Source: Vicugna vicugna
Taxonomy: Eukaryota
Assembly: GCA_013265495.1 (NCBI GenBank)
Contig: MU057724.1
Location: 620,001-684,000 of the forward strand
Reading direction: 5' to 3'
Length of the DNA: 64,000 bases
This document shows, one piece after another, positions 61,080 through 64,000 of the stretch. The notes below the pieces were generated by a model. The model ran no database searches and was not told the origin of the DNA. It saw only the letters and a list, made by a program, of their open reading frames with translations. The stretch's first letter is position 1. Every line of letters starts with the position of its first letter. Position numbers and translations under genes: made by a program.

Positions 61080-61238
61080 CTCTGTCCATGGTCATGTCAT
61101 CTGTCATTCCAAATGTCACATGCAGGATGTTTCGAAACGCATTGCGATCGAGTCCAATGACCACACCCTGCCGCTCGGTTACATCTCCCACCAGGTTATA
61201 GAAAAGACTGATGAGACATTTCACTTCAAATTTATTAA
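61080..61238 (-). CDS. EFCAB1 (CLXN): Calaxin coding exon 2 (159 bp, phase 1-1): FNKFEVKCLISLFYNLVGDVTERQGVVIGLDRNAFRNILHVTFGMTDDMTMDR
   Basis: Acceptor ctctttcacAG|TTAATAAA and donor GACAGAG|GTaaga on the minus strand; open frame; peptide matches recalled calaxin. Confidence 0.95.
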
Positions 61239-62286
61239 CTGTGAAAGAGTAAAATCAAGACGTGGCAAAATGCATTTTAATCTTTAGTTTCTAGCTTAAA
61301 TGTTGCATTTGAAGACTTTATAGACAAACAACATTGAGGCCATAAATATGTTGCTGTCGACAGGCGACTGTCCTGGGCTGAGTTTCGTGGCCCCCAGGCC
61401 AACAGAAGACGCCACTCCTGAGGGCCCCATGGAGGCAGGAGCAGCAGCCCCTCCCTCAGGCAGGTGTAAGTTCAGCCCCACTTGGGAGAGAAGAAGAGAG
61501 CTTTGCCAAGTTACCCGCAGAGTGACTGTGGGTCCAGACTCTAAGCTTGACAAAGCCATAGAGGGAGGAGTCAAAGCAAGCAAGGGGGTGTTAAGGTACT
61601 TTTTGATTAGAAGCATTGATGAGGCTTGCAAATTAACCTTCCCCTGGGAATACAACACCAGGCTCATGAAAGCAAGGCAACAGTTTTCATTTCAATCAGC
61701 CTTGGTGAATCTGTAATCCAGGTTTTGGAAACCAGAATCAGCTACTTTCCAATAAGGAAGGACTTAAGCATCTTTTAGCACCCATGCCAGTTCTCATGGT
61801 GGATGATGTGAAAACATGCAACTGTCCAGCAGCACTTTGGAGGAAGGACACTTTTATCTCCAGGGTGTGCACACACACGTGAGCTTGTCACACATGTAAC
61901 TGTGGGCGGGCGGTGTTTATAAACACGGGGCTAACTGTGTCCCAATCGCTGTCTGAGGTGTGCGGGTGGAAGCGTTGGTGTCTGGCATTAAGAACACGAC
62001 AGTGAGGTTAAATAGGAGGTATAGGTGGAAGATGGGGAAGATTTTATTTCAAAACCGACAAAATTATGGTTGAGTATTTTTAAAAACGGGTGGAGGCTGC
62101 ATGCACACAACGGAAGACAGCACAAAGGAACGAAGAAATCACACCACATCCTGCAGGCCAGGGCGATTTCCAGCTCTGGGGACCACAATTTAAGATGAAG
62201 GCTGAAAACTTTGGAAAATAAATGATTGATAAATAAATTGATTAAATAGTAGAAAAGAATGTAATGGTTATCATTTTAAAACGAGC

Positions 62287-62860
62287 TAGTGGTTGCCATA
62301 GAAAATGGTATGTCACTGCCTCAAAAAAAGTGAAACAGAGAAATACTGCGAGATCCAGTGACTCCACCGCTAGGCATGGACCGTGCAGGATGGACAACAC
62401 AGGCCTTGACACCCGTACACCGGCGCTCACAGCGGCCAGGTATCTATGGATGGATGAGCGGGCAAGAAGGATGTGGTCTGTCCAGACAATGGATTATGAT
62501 TCAGCTTCAAGAAGGAAGGAAACTGTGACACACACTATGGCATGGATGAACGTGAAGACATTATGAGCGAAATAAGCCAGACACAAAAGGACGAACATTG
62601 TATGAGTTCACTTACATGATGTACCTGGAGTGGGGAGATTCAGAGGCAGAACGTAGAATGACGGGCCAGGGGCTGGGGCAAGTGCAGTTACAGTTTACTG
62701 GGGACAGAGTTTCAGTTTGGGAAAATGAGAAGGTTCTGGAGATGACGGTGGTGATGGTTGCACAACAGTGTGCGTGTGCTTACTGCCACAGGCTGTGTGC
62801 ACTTACGGTAGTTAAAATGGTAAGTTTTATGTTACGTACATCTACCCACATAAAAATATT
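62287..62860 (+). mobile_element. L1MB-family LINE-1 3' fragment in calaxin intron 1 (antisense to the gene)
   Basis: Long match to recalled L1MB 3' end: gcatggatgaacgtgaagacattatgagcgaaataagccagacacaaaaggac...gagtttcagtttgggaaaatgagaaggttctggagatgacggtggtgatggttgcacaac...acataaaaa. Confidence 0.9.
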
Positions 62861-64000
62861 CTAAAAATTAAACAAAATTCTAAAACATAAAACATTCCAT
62901 AACAAAGTTAATGGCTGGGGAAGAAAAACTTGCACGAAGAATGACACAATCTGTTTACGTGTGTGAAATGCTAGCTGAGGGAAGGTAGATGAGCCACTTT
63001 TCTATCTCGGCTGCAATAAAAGTGAAAGAATATATATTAACTTAAATTATTACCCAAAGGTTCCAAGACGGGTAATTTTTTTCTGTAAGATAAATTATTT
63101 TTTGCTGAAATGTTTCTTAAATTCAAGAATACAAAACTAAATGAAGTTAAGGAAATTTGAGAACTGGCTTTCCTCTTTTTGGACTGGTCTGAGTCTGTTC
63201 TGTAGTGTGGTGGATTAACTAGGCCTCCACTTAAGGGAATTTCTTCTTCTCTGATTCTACAAAATTTATCCACTTCACCCTGCTGGGATTATCACCTGGC
63301 AACTAAAAGGAAACCTGACTTCAGGAGAAAGGTTTTCTATTTAAAGAAACTCAAAATTATTATAATGTCCATGATTTGTCACTATTTCTATAGAATTTAA
63401 CTAATAATCATCAAGGTTCTTATGAATGAATTTTTAAACACTAAAAATTTTATGTAAGAACAAAAATCAAGACTGGTTTTATTGCCATGGTTTCACTTAT
63501 CTTTAAGTACATTCACCTCTAAATACATTCTTGGAATGTCTGCGACATGTTGTAAACTCACTAAACAGACTGAATCAAATTCAGCATTGTGTATAGCAGT
63601 TTCGCATTGTTTATTCAAAGTTCGGTAGATGTTTTAAGGAGATCTGGTCTTTTCCCAGAAATGGAAGTATTTTAAGAAAAACAACAACAGAACAAAATTC
63701 TCATCAGATTATAATAATCATAATAATATCTTAATTATAGGATGACTTTTTTTGGAAGTTTAGGATGCTTATATCCACTGGAACTTTTATTCCCAGTGCC
63801 ATCCTGAAAGCATCTCCTACCACTCATTATTTTAGATATGAAATATGAGTAGATCCCGTCACATCTAAAACCACATCAAAACATGTTTGTTCTTCCTGTT
63901 TTGCACCAATGGCCTTGGGATTACGGCTTCTGTTTCTTCAGGGAGCCAGTAGCTTTGCAATCAGCACACACCTTACAAACCTGCTTGTCAGACAGTCCCT

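Larger units (their letters stand above)
56588..64000 (-). other. EFCAB1 (CLXN): Calaxin (EF-hand calcium-binding domain-containing protein 1) gene body, 5'-incomplete in this window: intron 1 through predicted 3' end
   Basis: Five minus-strand exons splice in frame to (F)[192 protein letters not shown], matching recalled mammalian calaxin. The N-terminal ~19 aa (MNRKKLQKL...) was not found, so exon 1 likely lies beyond 64000. Confidence 0.96.

Noticed and set aside
61296-61716. Overlapping ~120 aa ORFs on both strands in calaxin intron 1
   Set aside because: No recognisable protein similarity and non-ATG starts; not part of the calaxin reading frame.

Overview
Mammalian genomic DNA, most likely a camelid draft assembly (one tRNA-Ala-derived Vic-1-type SINE; two N gaps). 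The only protein-coding gene I can support is calaxin (EFCAB1/CLXN) on the minus strand. Coding exons 2-6 lie at 57953-61238 with GT-AG boundaries and matching phases, followed by a ~1.35 kb 3' UTR and a poly(A) signal at 56605-56610; exon 1 is probably just beyond the right edge. The first ~56 kb is very GC- and CpG-rich non-coding DNA with decayed L1, L2, MIR and MLT1 remnants and scattered AT-rich, motif-dense islands that could be enhancers (in human this gene neighbours SNAI2). The many long ORFs there look like by-products of high GC content. I found no convincing new multi-gene system. The best leads are a ~660 bp local duplication with a 256 bp identical core, a 21 bp perfect inverted repeat of pre-miRNA size, signs of GC-biased drift reaching into calaxin splice sites and codons, a sense L1 fragment beside the calaxin poly(A) site, and G-rich repeats downstream of skippable calaxin exons. 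Repeat family names and human protein comparisons come from recalled consensus sequences, not a database search.
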